From positions 6,634,001 to 6,698,000 of the forward strand of contig OX597818.1 of assembly GCA_951406725.2 (NCBI GenBank): a stretch of 64,000 nucleotides of DNA, written 5' to 3'. A program made the translations under genes and the position numbers. The notes under the pieces are model-generated. The model saw only the letters and a list, made by a program, of their open reading frames with translations. It was not told the DNA's origin and did no database searches. The stretch comes from Octopus vulgaris (lineage: Eukaryota). Every line of letters starts with the position of its first letter. Positions within the stretch are counted from its first letter, which is position 1. Positions 25,133 to 39,348 of this stretch are shown piece after piece.

Positions 25133-25200
25133 AGTCTTACTGATGAGCATGGACGCAAATTCTTCTGCGGTGAGTGCGAAATCACAGGTGATATAAGACT
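25133..25200 (+). ncRNA. Type I HHR, family D, fully consensus core
   Basis: agtctta-CTGATGA-gca...cgca(...)tgcg...tgc-GAAA-tcac(ag)gtga-TA-taagact: 7-bp stem I, stem III atcac/gtgat, AUA site. Confidence 0.88.
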
Positions 25201-25297
25201 AAATTCATTTTTTAAATGTCTTGCTTTGAAAAACTGCATTGGGTATGATTAGTAAAATTTTTGGTAGAAAGAGGCATTTATATGTAATAATGCCCTC

Positions 25298-25363
<66 letters not shown>

Positions 25364-25473
25364 TCATGTTTATGTATACATATACTTACACAGAAGTGAT
25401 ATTCACACACATATATAAGGATTCGTACTTTATCAAGCTATCGCACTACCAATCGGGTTAGGATATATTTTAC

Positions 25474-25584
25474 CCTGCGTTATGATAATATAGTATGTAG
25501 ATGGAAACTGATGAGTAGCTAACAAATGGTGGAACGCGTCATAACAATCTCTTATCATGGACAGAGGAAGGTGATCTACTTCTC
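25474..25584 (-). CDS. Candidate internal exon of a host gene (phase 1-1, 111 bp), possibly the start of a fibrinogen-related-like extracellular domain
   Basis: Acceptor cttttcttctccacAG, donor GG|GTaaaa. The only open frame is EVDHLPLSMIRDCYDAFHHLLATHQFPSTYYIIITQ (RDC..YxI pattern). No partner exons identified. Confidence 0.35.
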
Positions 25585-25815
25585 CTGTGGAGAAGAAAAG
25601 TACATTTCCAAACATGAGAAGAGAATCCAACTTTTTATATTTCACTGGCCGAAAAGATAAACATGCATTTATATCTATTTAAAATTCTCTAAGGAATGAC
25701 ACAAAAACAGAGTAATTATTTTAAATTCTTGATAGATTTCCTAATACCGGATATGTTGAACATAGATATTGCACGCACATACATACACACAGAGGCATGT
25801 ATGTATGTATATATG

Positions 25816-25896
<81 letters not shown>

Positions 25897-26833
25897 ATAG
25901 ATATGTAGAATGATTGATACATACGTACATACATACATGCAAACATACATACATACATACATAAATCTTGTATGCTATACATTTAAAGTGAAAAAGTGGT
26001 AATCATTGACCTGCTGGCAATATTCAATCTATAAATTTGTTATTCTAGTTCAGCTAGTTACTTAATATACCATTAACGATTAGGAAGATTGCAACTACAT
26101 AGAAAATTATAAAGTAAGCCCTTAAGGTCGAAGTAAAATATGTTTTCTTTTGCTGTGAACATAGAGTTTAATCGATTACATATTGCGAAATCAAACTCTT
26201 TTGCTTGATATATTCATGTAATTTCCCGTATGCTTATATAATGCTCCGTTTGCTTTCAATTTTTCTTTGTCAACGGAAATAGTCTAGCAGATTAGCAAGC
26301 CATAACAAAAAATAGTTTTCCCAAAAACCTGGTGATATTTTGATAGCAACAAATGTTGGTGATTAGCATTTTGCCAAAACTCTAGTAACGCAAGTCTGGA
26401 ATTATTTTATGTAACTTGTGTAAATATATGTCTAAGACATAGAGTAAAGTTCTATAGATTCATTACTGAAAGGGGGTGTTTTATTATTATCATAAAAAAA
26501 AATAATCCTCCCATTAAGTGAAATAGCCGTGCATGATTGTGATTAGATAAATTCAGATGTAACAAAATTTCACATATTTTATTGTGAGATTCTTATAGAT
26601 GATTAATTTGCAACAGGTAATGCTGACATATAATAGACGATCGAGCCAGGTAGATGAAAGCAATATCACTAAGACAAAGATCATTTGTCACATAACTCTA
26701 TAATTTGTGTCTGCGAGTGTGTATGCTACAGTCTGTATCAACAATAAATCTTGCATAGGTAATAATTTATAGTCATTATATTCCTTGAATCTGTTTGCTT
26801 GTATGTGTGAGAATGTGTGTGTGTGAGAGATAG

Positions 26834-26885
<52 letters not shown>

Positions 26886-29088
26886 TGTGTGTGTGTGTGT
26901 ATTATGAATAAAAAAGTATACAACAAATCCGACACCTATACAGTCAAATAATATCTAACCCAATTGGATACAATGATCTTTTTTTACCGAGGTTGTGGTT
27001 GATCAATCCCCTCGATCGATTTGTCTAGAGAAAACCATACGAATATCACATAAGAATATATTGAAAATTAATGCAATAACACGTAATATTTCATTATAAG
27101 TCAATCTAATATCAAACATATTTTGTGATACAATGTCACGAAAATGTGTTCTTATAGATAATTTCTTTTTTTCATTTTCTGTTTTAAATTCAATCATTAT
27201 TTGATATATCTGAATTATATCAATAAAGGATAATTATCTTATGATTATTGATTACAGTATTAATCACCTATATTTCAATATATTGAAACGTGCTGGAACA
27301 GATGTCTATTTTGGTGATGCCATTAAATTTTCATATATATTGTTGTGAAAAGAAACATTAAAATGTGTGTGGCAATGCTCCAAGTACAATTCTGGCAGAA
27401 ATGTAATTAAAAAAAATATTTTGGTGAATATATTTATGGACGGTACACAATGACAAAAAGGAAAAAAATGATGGAATGGAATCTTCCTAAACAATTGAGT
27501 TCACTGAATTGTGTATGTAGAATTGCACTTAGCACAAACCACACTAGTTAGTAAATGCTCGAAATATTTACCAAATAATCAAAACAATAAAAAGACGAAC
27601 CATTTCCAAAGCAAACGGTTCTCGTACAAGACTGATTTTCCTTCACGGTTCTCCGATTGCGTTAGTTGTGCCTGTTATCGTATTGATGTTATGTGTAATG
27701 GAGGAAAACTGGCAGGAAGATCGCTTGGATAACTAGAGAAGCTGCAGTAAATTTTCATTGTATTCGCATTTCTAAATGAAAAATGACAGGACACGGAACA
27801 CTTGTGGTAGCGAGTTGAAATGAATCAACAATGTGTGAATATAGTATGATTTGCTTGAATAGCAATTACATAAAAGGTTCATAAGTTAAAATCACCAGTT
27901 AATACGATCATAACTAAATTCTTGCTCCACGCTGATGGTTTAAATCATCTGTGAAGTGAAGTCATTGAAGCTTAGCGCCATATGAGAATAGTATAATTCC
28001 ATTCAAACAAAATGGTCGTTTGTAAATATCTTACATAGATACAATTACAGCGACACATAGTAAAATATTGCTGCCTCACGAAGAAGTGGCATGTGTGTGT
28101 GTGAGCATGCATATTTGTATATGTAAGAATGTGTGCGTGTGTATGCTTTGGGTATATGACAATTTATCAATAATAAAAGAAATAGAGTTCCGTAAAGACT
28201 GTCACAGTGGTTTCTGCAACAAGAAGTTTGCCTTCAAATTTGAGCGCCCCTGCAACACATCATAACTTCCACGGATCCACTTAAGTGGTGTATGTTTATG
28301 ACGGAAAGAATTTAAATATACGTTGCAACATGAAGACCATGTATGATATAACACTATTTAGTGGAAAATCCCCGCCCAGGGATTACAACATCTATCTATC
28401 TATCTATCTATTTATCTATCTATCTTTATGTCTGTCTGTGTCTTACTGTCTCTTTGTCTCTCTCTCGCCCTCCCACGCTCTTTCTCATATATATATGTAT
28501 ATATGTATACATGTATGTGTATATGTATATATGTTTATATGTATATATGGGACATTGTTTCTTAACACATTGCTGAAAGCGAGGAAATGGAGAAGATTTA
28601 TAAACTTTCGAACAACTCTAAAACTTAAGATTTCGTGCCATGAAAATTACTTTACACTAATCAGCCTTGTGTTAAAAAAGGAGGACAAATTTAGAGTAGT
28701 TTGTAGACATTTGACATGTACTAGTCTAAATTGCCCCTCCAAAGCCCTTAATTATAATTATATGTTTATAATTATATACTTAAATATTGGTTTTACTGAT
28801 ATAGTGGATTTTATACGCTGGTATAATCATTTTAACGATTATGCCCTCAATTTATAAGCGTATATATATGAATGCATTTCACTTGAAATTCTTTAAGTTT
28901 TCAACAGTAGATTAGCAGCGATATCAAGCATGGCCAAGCTACTACAGACTGATGAAGAGCAGTAACTAAGACACCATGGTCCGTAAAGTGAGTGGAGACA
29001 TTAGCTCCCTTGCTTGTGGAATAAGGATGAACAAACTAAATATAAATAAATTACTGGATTGTCAATAAAATATCTATATCTATATCTA

Positions 29089-29223
<135 letters not shown>

Positions 29224-29249
29224 ATTAATGTATGTGTAGATTTAATGTG

Positions 29250-29645
29250 TACAAATAACATGAAAAAAAAAATTAGTTAACAGGGTAGCAAAAAATTCAC
29301 ATAAGTACCAAGGATGTTACGGCCTACTTATAAAGGTAGAAATTCCAGGGTTTAGTGAAATGTTTTTGTATGCCAGATAAATAAAGAAGTGGAATTAAAT
29401 GCATGTGTTATTCAAAATTTCATACTTCCTACGTATGCTTCGAAGAAAGCATTACTATTATTCCAGAGGGAATAAAGTGATATAAAACAATATGATGACT
29501 GCGTGTATGATGAAGCGTTCATCATATACTCAGGCATCACATTCTGTTAAAATGGCTTATTGCTGTGCTTTATTTCTCTTTTTCTCCCTGATGAGAAGAT
29601 CGCATTGTTGTATATCATTTTATTCCCTCTGAATACTACCAATCT
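29250..29645. mobile_element. PLE-type terminal repeat, family A, inverted arrangement with split HHR halves
   Basis: Plus 29583: tctcc-CTGATGA-gaaga...ttattccctctg. Minus 29425-29500: ttattccctctgg...tcttc-GAAGcatacGTA-ggaag. aaaggtagaaa motif shared with 23006 and 505. Confidence 0.55.
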
Positions 29646-29648
29646 ATT

Positions 29649-29710
<62 letters not shown>

Positions 29711-29959
29711 TGCTTATATTCAGTTATAATGAAAACAATTTTACATTAATCTGGAAGGAAATTCTATATTTTTGTAGCTTACATATCCATCACTCTGAAA
29801 CAAGAATATTCTGGACAGTGACTTCTGCCAGCTACCATAGGCAGTCCGACAATAGCTGGCTGAAACTTCTAAGACACTAGTTGATAACCCTCCAACCCAT
29901 GGGTCTGTTTATGTAGTTGTTGCTGGCGAGGATGTTATGAGATCGTAAAATAAATCAAA

Positions 29960-30150
29960 TCACAGCATCTTCTTGTCGACGCTTACGACATGTATATGCA
30001 AAGTTGGTTCTCTTATTTGGTTTTCTAGGTCACACACACAGCACGTGAGCAACGCGATATAAAGCATTTTGCTCAAGAAAACTATACGCCACTCTGTTCT
30101 GGAATCGAACACACGATCTCGCACTCATCAGTGCAGCACATACCCACTAG
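29960..30150 (-). mobile_element. SINE family 1, decayed
   Basis: gagcaacgcgatataaagcattttgctcaagaa...ggaatcgaac (B box on minus); matches 930-1000. Confidence 0.55.
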
Positions 30151-30889
30151 AACTTGCACATACAAGGATACATATAAACATACGTCGTACATATTTACGT
30201 ATATACAAACAAATACATATGCATAGACCACATGCATAGATATAATATCTGTAAATATACATAGATACAATGTATGTAAAATTGTATGGATATACATACT
30301 TATTCCAAGCATATATGTCAACATATATTGATACATACACACATAAATGTATGTTTATATATACGTGTGTGTGTATGTTTATATATGCATACATTCAAGC
30401 ATACATACATACATACATACATACATACATACATACATACATACATACATACATACATACATACATACGGGTACATTAATTCAAAAATAGTGAATTGCTA
30501 TTGTACCCAAATGCATGGGTATAACACGATTTTATTGATGCGGAAAAGTCTTCACAATCAATTGCTCACACAATCGCTGATAATGGATCCATGAGAATTT
30601 GCACAATATTGAAGTTCCTAAGTGAAGATAGACGGATTAAATATGGGATCCCTTGACGGACAAAATAAAATGCTTGTTCAAAATATAAAGTATTTTCATT
30701 GCCAACCGAATAACTGTGTTCACAAAGCAAACGTCTCTTATATAACAGTCCATCAATAATCCAATAGAAAAATATTAATGTTTAGTTTCGAATTAGAAAA
30801 TATACAAAAAGATCACAATCTTGTTCAGCTACCAGTTTTCGTCGACGTTTACAAAAGTATTTGGCAAACAAATTTGGTTTTCATTTTTT

Positions 30890-31210
30890 TTTTTTTTTTT
30901 GCAGTCATTTGACTTCGGCCATTCTAGGGAACCGTCTTGACGGGGTTTTAGTCGAACAAATCGACAATAGGATTTATTTCTTAAACCTAGTACTTATTCT
31001 ATGAATCTTTTGGCGAACTGCTAAGTTACGAGGACGTAAACACACCAACACTGGTTGTCAAATGGTGAGGGGAGACAAACACAGACATACCAACACACAC
31101 GTAGATATATACATATACATATACGACGGGTTTCTTTCAGTTTCTGTTTACCAAATCCACTCACAAGGCTTTGGTCTACCCGAGGTTATAGTAGAAGACA
31201 TGCAAACCAT
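30890..31210 (-). mobile_element. SINE family 3
   Basis: ctaagttacgaggacgtaaacac...ggttgtcaa...tttctttcagtttctgtttaccaaatccactcacaaggctttgg is the reverse complement of the 55578-56055 family. Confidence 0.7.
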
Positions 31211-31794
31211 GTAGAATTGCTGCTTACTCTCAGCTGTACCCTTTGATTTGCCATTGAATTTAGAATCAGAGTATGGTGTAGAAATAGATATCCAATGGCA
31301 CAACATTTTCCCATCCGCCATCCATCGCCCTGGGCCTTACAACTCTGAGCAAAATTCCTTTTGACGGCTTCATATCTTTAGAGGTTATCAATTGAAATGT
31401 TTGTCTTTCAGTGTTTCATTTGAATTTCTTTGCTGTATCGTTCTTTCTGTTATCATTCGATAGTGTGTAAATTTTAAAGAAATTGTCATTTGTTGTGCAC
31501 TCCAGTGCTCATTACCAATTACTGAACACCACATTCGTCAAATAATGTTTTTAATTTCTAGTTGTCTGTCTATAAAAAGTAGCTGCATCGATTGCAGAGA
31601 CCACAAAGTAAATGAACAAAATTTGGACGACTTTTACGGAGTACACAGCTGAAGACCGGATGGATTGCGTTGTACAATAACATCTAAGAAATTTTTCTGA
31701 CGATGAATGATTGTCTGAAAAAGTTTGGCTTCATTCGAAACATCTCAGACAGGTTAGGATTAAAAACATTCTTTTCGTATAATGTTTAAGGGCA

Positions 31795-32150
31795 GTAAAC
31801 CCCCTCCTCCCACATCATCTACGTCTTCATTGTCATCGCTACCAATATCTTCAGTATCGATATCATCGCCGATAATACCCTCACCATCATCTACATCTTC
31901 TTCTCCATCAACATCTTTACCGTCTTCTTCAGCGTCATCGTCATCATCTACCCTTTTACCTCCTACCTCCTCCTCCCCTCCATCGCCCTTACATCTCCCT
32001 CATCGTCATCTTCACAGTCTTCATCATCATCGTCATATTTTTCTTCTTCGTCTAACACCTCCTCTCCCTCCTCCCCTACACTTAGATTCCCCATTTATCA
32101 CATCGATAACCCACTCCACCATCTCCCTCACAATGCTGATCTCAACACCA
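31795..32150. repeat. C/T-rich low-complexity (TCA/TCC/TCT)n tract
   Basis: Degenerate trinucleotide repeats; the Ser/Pro-rich ORF is a by-product. Confidence 0.7.
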
Positions 32151-32229
32151 AACTAGCTAGAATCAAACAATCCATACTTAACTTCCTCATCATGCACTTC
32201 CTCATCACGCAACCTTACTAAATCCCAAT

Positions 32230-32570
32230 TCCTAACCTCCCAAAACTTAAAAAACAAAAACCTCATTTACCTACCTTCAGACAAAGGGAAAGAATTCTGC
32301 ATTATAGACAAACCCACCCACGACAAACTAACTATCGACCACTTCAGTGACCCCCACACTATACGAAAATGTTCACAGCAACAAATCTCACCAACTAGAG
32401 TCCACCATCAATACTAGCTTGACCAACATCTGTCGCCAAAGGATTCTCTCTAGGAAGGCTAGACTGAACTACACATCTAAAAACCTTTAAAATAGCAACT
32501 TTTAGTCATTTGGTAAAAATTAAAATGCCTAAAGGAGTAATTCGACTAGTATCCTTGTAACGTAATTTAT
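32230..32570 (+). mobile_element. PLE RT N-terminal fragment (DKG motif)
   Basis: From 32262: LIYLPSDKGKEFCIIDKPTHDKLTIDHFSDPHT, matching the PLE DKG..I.D......H..D pattern. Confidence 0.6.
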
Positions 32571-33038
32571 TTTCATGTAACCTGGTAATTGATCACAGTT
32601 CAATATACGAAGAAGCTATTAAGATCCTGTTCGCATATAGTACACTGTTGAATTCCTACTTAAGCAAAATCTAGTTTGATAGGGACTAAACAGATAGATA
32701 CATAAGTAGATAGATAGGTACAAAGGTAATACGGACAGACACCCACACACCCACAAAAACACAAACACACGGACACACATGCATATACAAACACACACAC
32801 GAAAGGAGACAAAAAACATGTCCATATACATACACACGCACACTCCACACACACGCATACACACAAAGACAGAGACACACATCCATCCATAACAGACACA
32901 CGTACCAAGTCATAAAAACTCATACATATAGACACAATCAAACATGCACATACAAGGAAACAGGTATACACAGAAATACATACATACACATACGCACATG
33001 CCCATACGCACATACACACATACACTAACACACGTGCC

Positions 33039-33074
<36 letters not shown>

Positions 33075-33322
33075 TATGAATATGCAGAATACATATATAC
33101 GTACACGCACGCATACGTACATACTTGCATATATACACATACATGCATGTAGGCATGCATACATACATGCATACATACGTATGTGCATAGACAAGCACAC
33201 GTGCACGCTGGCGTACACACGTGCGCACAAATAAGCAAAAGGAACGCTGCTCCAAAAACGGATAGGATCAACATCCATTGACAACGTTGCATAAGCAATG
33301 AATATTTTGGGAAGGAAAAGAC

Positions 33323-33360
<38 letters not shown>

Positions 33361-33714
33361 ACGTGAATGTAATTTATGCACTTCCACAAATTAGCACGCA
33401 TGTCGCTCCAAATTTAGGAGGACATTCGTTATGACACTAGCTGTGCTTTCATGAACGTATTTTCCCCAGATGCACCAGCGAATAGCAGAAAAAATTAATT
33501 TTCAACCAAAACTTTTAACAATTTTCAAGTCGGAGAAATCAACATTGTTTGCAAATAGGAGTTAAGTCCCCTTCCACGGAGGAAAAAAAGTGTTTTGTTG
33601 ATATACGGGCAACCCATACACACTCACACACACACACGAACATGTATGCGTACAAAAAACAGGTATGAAATAGGTGTACGTACGTACGTGTGTATATGTG
33701 TGTGTATGTGCTGC

Positions 33715-33769
<55 letters not shown>

Positions 33770-33773
<4 letters not shown>

Positions 33774-33893
33774 AATTCCAACGGATTTCGCTCAGATTTG
33801 ATGTCGATGTTACTTAGCTTGGTTTGAAATAAGGAACTTGATTAGCTTAATAATCCTAACTTAATCCCGGGCAAAGCCGTGTTATACTGCTAG
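33770..33893 (+). mobile_element. Short non-autonomous Helitron or Helitron 3' end
   Basis: cccgggcaaagccgtg-ttatactgCTAG|T; same terminal signature as 22035-22062. Confidence 0.55.
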
Positions 33894-34496
33894 TAAATAA
33901 TAAGGTAATTGAACCGGTGAATGTGTTAGATATTAAGGTAGTATAACTTTCCCCAATCACAACAAAATCCATTTCAACACACGATTTCACATAAAGAATC
34001 TAGCTAAGCAGATACAATAACAAAGCATTTATTTAAACTTCTACTGGTATTGTTTTTCGTTTATGGACGAATGGCGAAAGCAAATTTTGTTGTCATATTC
34101 TATCTACAACATTACAACATGTCTTTAAGTTCAACCGCGAGGAAAGATATAAAATAGATAAAGAATAAACTATAAAGGAATGAGACTTTCAAGTAGTTGG
34201 ATTAGAAGTATCATTGACCATGTCGCATATGTACGATGAATATTTAGACATGTAATAAAAATTATATATGTATATTCAAAGTAAATATAGCGATGTGTGA
34301 GCTATTAAATGATAAGAAGAGTCCTCGTTCGATGCAGTAGCCTCACTGGGAAATGAAGCATCTGAATGGGGCTCAGCTCAAATTCCTTGCACGACAAATA
34401 AACCCACAAAATTAGAACGCAAAGTACGCATAGCGTTTTTCATAAGTTTAGTCGCTACAAGGCCTACGCTACAAAATCCACCAATATTAAGTAGTG

Positions 34497-34712
34497 CTGA
34501 GGCAGTGAGCTGGCAGAATCGAAAATATGCTGGACGAGATGCCTAGCGACATTTCGTCAGTCTTTACCTTCTGAATTCAAATTCTTCCGAGACCAGCTCT
34601 TCTTTTCATCCCTTCGTATTCGATAAAATAAATACTAGTTAAACACTAGAATAGACGTAATCGACTTACCTGCTCTGCCGAAATGCCTTGTGCCAACATT
34701 TCAAAGCAATAT
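34497..34712 (+). mobile_element. SINE family 2 copy
   Basis: ggcagtgagctggcagaatcg...attcaaattcttccgag...ttttcatcccttcgtattcgataaaataaatact. Confidence 0.65.
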
Positions 34713-36362
34713 TAAATCGTATTACAAACTAGCACTAAATAAGATACTGACAATCTATTTTTTGTATTATTTCTTGTGCTCCTGAATATTATTCTCTGGT
34801 TTAGACATAACAATGATACATAATCTTGAACACAAAATGCTGAAGAGATATTCCGTAAGGTTTACAGATATATAGCCATCTTAGTTACGATGCGAAATAT
34901 TCGAATGACGTACGCAGTTTAGCGGCCGCATTTTTCTTTTACAGCTATACACTTCGGAAATGTTAAATTTGATATGCATGCAGGAGTAGAAGTAACAACA
35001 ATATTAACATGTACAAAAATATATTTTGAAAAAATGACAATGAATTTAATGGTTCTGCAACAGTTAATGGACACATACGCGCACGCGCACACATACACAC
35101 GTTCACACTCAGACACAGACGTACACTGAGAAACAAACAGAGACAAACACACACATACATATATACGCATTATGCTTAAGAGGGCTTTAGAATTCTTCTC
35201 ATATTCAGGGGAATCTACAGGAATTATCTTTGGCAAGTCATTGGCAAGAAATTGAAATTGCTTTAGCATTCAAAAGAAGAAAATTCCAAGATATAATGTT
35301 ATAGTAACTCTACATCCACTACTATTCTATCTCAAGGCAATTATTTAAGTATTCTGATATCCAGGATTATAATTTTGTTCTCATTCTATCTAATTGAATG
35401 CTTCCGTTATTTTCACACTTTCCAACATTTGCAGTCGAAAATTGGATAGAAGTATTGTTACACATGGAACAATTATTTTCAGCAACACTTCTATGAATGT
35501 GTACTTCATATACATGTATGTATGTGTACGTGTGTTTGTGTGAATGCAATGTGATTTTTGTTTCCCTGTATAACGTAAATAAAGAAACGTATAGTGGTGT
35601 ACAATTAAACTCATATATGTAATAATATATACAAGGTTGCACACATTATATAGTTAGATAGAAAAATATGAGTGTGCGTGTGTATCAGTTTACGTTTGTG
35701 CGTCTAGGTGTGTTTGTGTGTGTTTGTGTGTGCATGCGTGTGTGTGTTTGTGTGCCTGCGTGTTTTTGTGTGTCCGAGAGCATTTTTGAGTGTATAAGCA
35801 AATAATCAAATTGAAGCGCATCCAAATGTATTTTATTTTCTTATATACATTGAAACATGTTAATGTTCAGAATGATTTAGATCATTGAGTGTATATCTTT
35901 AATGCGTTGTATGATTAAATTCGTTTACGCTGTACTTTCGTGATGTTAAGCACATACTAAATCAGTTTATTTGTAAATATGAGGGCAAAATATAAGGAGA
36001 ATGGGTTGTATTTCAAGATTAGAATATATGTGTGGGTGAGTGCGTCTGTATTATTTAGGATGTTGTGAGTAAGTATCTCTACAGTATGTCTAGAATCAAA
36101 ATATATCTATACTCACATCCTCTAACCTTCATATAAATGTAGATAATTGAATGGTTATATAAATTCGGTGAAAGTAACGAATTTTCACATAAATCTGTGT
36201 ACACGTACACCGGTACAAATGCGTGCAGGCGCGTATAAGTGTCTACCTACTGTATAACTTGCATTCTCTCTCTATTTCTCTCTTCATATATATATATATA
36301 TATATATACACATACAGTCATACACACACGCACACACACACGCACACACATACAGATACACT

Positions 36363-36410
<48 letters not shown>

Positions 36411-37913
36411 GTTGGTGCATAACTGTTGCCGATGTGCGTGTGTGTGAGCGTGTGTCGAGTGGACATGCGCGGAAAGGTGTTGCTATAGCAACCAGCTAGC
36501 TTCCTGTAACTTTCTTCTTTTGTTGATATTTGGTTTTCTTTGATGTATGAGGATGGCCACAGAGATTCTAAGGTTGCCCCTGTTCCGCTGTCTTGCTCTG
36601 ATGTGCACTATGAATACCTGAGGCTGTAGGGCATATATCTATGTTCATGTGTTTTTAATTGTGTATATATATGTGTATAAGCGTGTGTGTACCGGTACAG
36701 TATTATGAGAACCGTAAATATAAAAATTATTGTTCGTGAAATAATGCCAATTCTACTCTACAAAACATTATAAATGAGATTTAAGATTGTATTGAACAAC
36801 CTACATATTCAGGCAAACCTAATTTCACGCGAACCATATAAAAATTGCATACCCCCTACGCATTGGATTATTTCAGAGAGGAGTTCTCTTAGTAAAATTC
36901 TACCGAGTTTACATTCGGCATTGAGATTAATTTACGATACTGGAGAATCTATCATAATTTTACCTTTCATGGTCTGCTTGTAATTGGCGTTTTCTAATCT
37001 GCAGATGGATATTCTTACTAGAAATGGTGCTCCATCTATAGCATTGCACCTATTGTGTGCTCGATATTATCACCTGTAATTTTTATATCTTTATGCATTA
37101 ATGATAGAAAATAGTTGAACCTATATTAGATTCCTCTGAACTTTTGGCAAATTATACTTTTAGTCTTCTAAATTTTTTTATTAACAAGCTAGCCTATTTC
37201 TTTGTTTTGTTTCAGTCAACGACAATTTAAGCATGTACATAGACACAAATAATATAAAATATATTTACAAGTAGAGTAGTTCCACAAACTTCAAAGTTTC
37301 GGATTCCAAGCCTTCATCGAACTGTAGTAGATATGATTTCATTTGCTTTCATATTGTTTACTGGGAATTTTTGTCTGGGACCTATGCTAAATGATAATTA
37401 GTCTGTAGGGTGATTTCTGATGAACGACACTATAGAACGATTTGATTTTCAAAGTTGGTGTTGTGTTATAGTTCACAGTATAACTGGGGTTAAATTGGTG
37501 TTGAAGTTATTTGAACACTATTTAGAAGATCTAACCTACTGTTTTTAGTGAGGATGGAGGTTATTGTTCAGTTCACTGAGGTAGTTAAAACATTTTAATC
37601 AAGTGTGATTATTTAGAGCTAACTAACATTCACACCAAAGTGTGAACTTTCTAATACAAACTAACAGTGACAGTTTAACCTCAACTATAAAAAGATCCTC
37701 TCAGGTTATCTTTTTCTACTAATTATTTGAGTTCTCATTTCTGTATCAAAACGGATACCAGATTCGATTCTGTAGATAGTTCTGTGTATAATATTTTACA
37801 TGCTCATTTGATAAATTTTAAACTAACTTACGTAATTAAAATTGTGTTTCTCTATGTAACAACTGTAAACGTTTACTGTTTACTACATGGTACACTATTT
37901 ACAACTTCTGCTA

Positions 37914-37917
37914 CCAT

Positions 37918-37999
<82 letters not shown>

Positions 38000-38024
38000 A
38001 CTACTACTACAACTACTACTACTA

Positions 38025-38056
<32 letters not shown>

Positions 38057-38069
38057 ACTACAACTGCTG

Positions 38070-38119
<50 letters not shown>

Positions 38120-38187
38120 GCTGCTGCTACCACTACTACCACTTGTTTGTTTATATATATTTATATATATATGTATATATGTACCAT

Positions 38188-38254
<67 letters not shown>

Positions 38255-38310
38255 GCTACCACTACTGCCACTTGTTTGTTTATATATATATATATGTATA
38301 TATATGTATA
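37914..38310. repeat. Compound (CTA)n/(CTG)n microsatellite, duplicated with its flank
   Basis: The unit accattactact...gctgctaccactact(a/g)ccacttgtttgtttatatata occurs twice. Confidence 0.9.
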
Positions 38311-38724
38311 TATGTATATACACATATATGAATGTAATTAATGTAAAGGTAAATTGAAGTAAGGAAAATTAAAAGTACATTGACATTTACTTTTCCTTTT
38401 CCTTTCTTCGGTTCACCATTACATTAACTACATTAATTAAAACATTTTAAATGATCTAAGCCTGTTCTGCCTTATTTTGTTATCCTCTTCCTTTAATTTA
38501 TACAGGCTAACTCGGAGGTTTGTTAGAGATTCCCAGCTCCAGCCTCCGTTGTGAACTTGGATCCTAACGAATTACCACGTGCAGCGCTTAAGTAGCGTAC
38601 CTATTGATGGTTTAGATCATCAGTGACCCAAACCTATCCTTGAGTAGACAAACGAAAGTAGGACACTCAACACATTTATTTGGAGTTACATGGATGAACC
38701 AAAACAGTTTAACCGTTTTGATCC

Positions 38725-38783
<59 letters not shown>

Positions 38784-38887
38784 CAATTCAAATAAACGAT
38801 CGGTTCAAGTAAACGAATAAAATTAACGGACAACAAGAGGATGTGCACCAGGAATGTATTAGCTTGACGCTCGTTCAAAAGAGAGAA

Positions 38888-38920
38888 TTTGACTTTTCGA
38901 GCATAGCTTTTCATCAGAAA
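38888..38920 (-). ncRNA. Minimal type I HHR, family C
   Basis: Minus strand: ttt-CTGATGA-a-aagc(tat)gctc-GAAA-a-GTC-aaa, then gagcgtcaagctaatac. Confidence 0.55.
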
Positions 38921-38964
38921 GGTGAAAGAGAAAAATCCATAGAAGGCAAATAAATCGCCAACAC

Positions 38965-39348
38965 CATATAAAATCATAAATGACAAAGAAATAGGTTGAT
39001 GAAATTTTAATTAACATCAGAAAATTCTAATATCACGACAAATTGTTTCGTAATTTTAAAAAAATTAAATAAATTACTAACATGCCTGCATTAATGCAAA
39101 ATGCAAAAAAGTCTACTATTTAACACATACCTTCTTTCACGTGACGACGTAGCTTAAATTCTGCATCATTTTGAAGGATGTTTGTATTTTGGATAAATGC
39201 AGGCATGTAAGTAATTTATTCATTATTAGATGTGATAATATAAATTATTTACATGTTTGTCAAATTACGAAACATTTGTTGTGATATCAGAATTTATTGT
39301 CAAATAAAATTTCATAAATCTATTTCTTTGTCACTTAGGATTTTATGC
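38965..39348. repeat. Old, diverged about 380-bp inverted repeat
   Basis: taaaatcataaatgacaaagaaatagg...acatgcctgcatt is mirrored by aatgcaggcatgt...ctatttctttgtcacttaggatttta. Confidence 0.7.

Noticed and set aside
28943-28985. CTGATGA...gacaccatggtc HHR-like motif
   Set aside because: GAAA is mutated and stems I and II are weak; cannot be separated from chance.
31782-32156. Ser/Pro-rich 124-aa ORF
   Set aside because: Product of a degenerate TCN trinucleotide tract; no splice or domain evidence.
36406-36435. ttgggttggtgcataa mariner TIR-like sequence after (TA)n
   Set aside because: No partner TIR or transposase sequence found.
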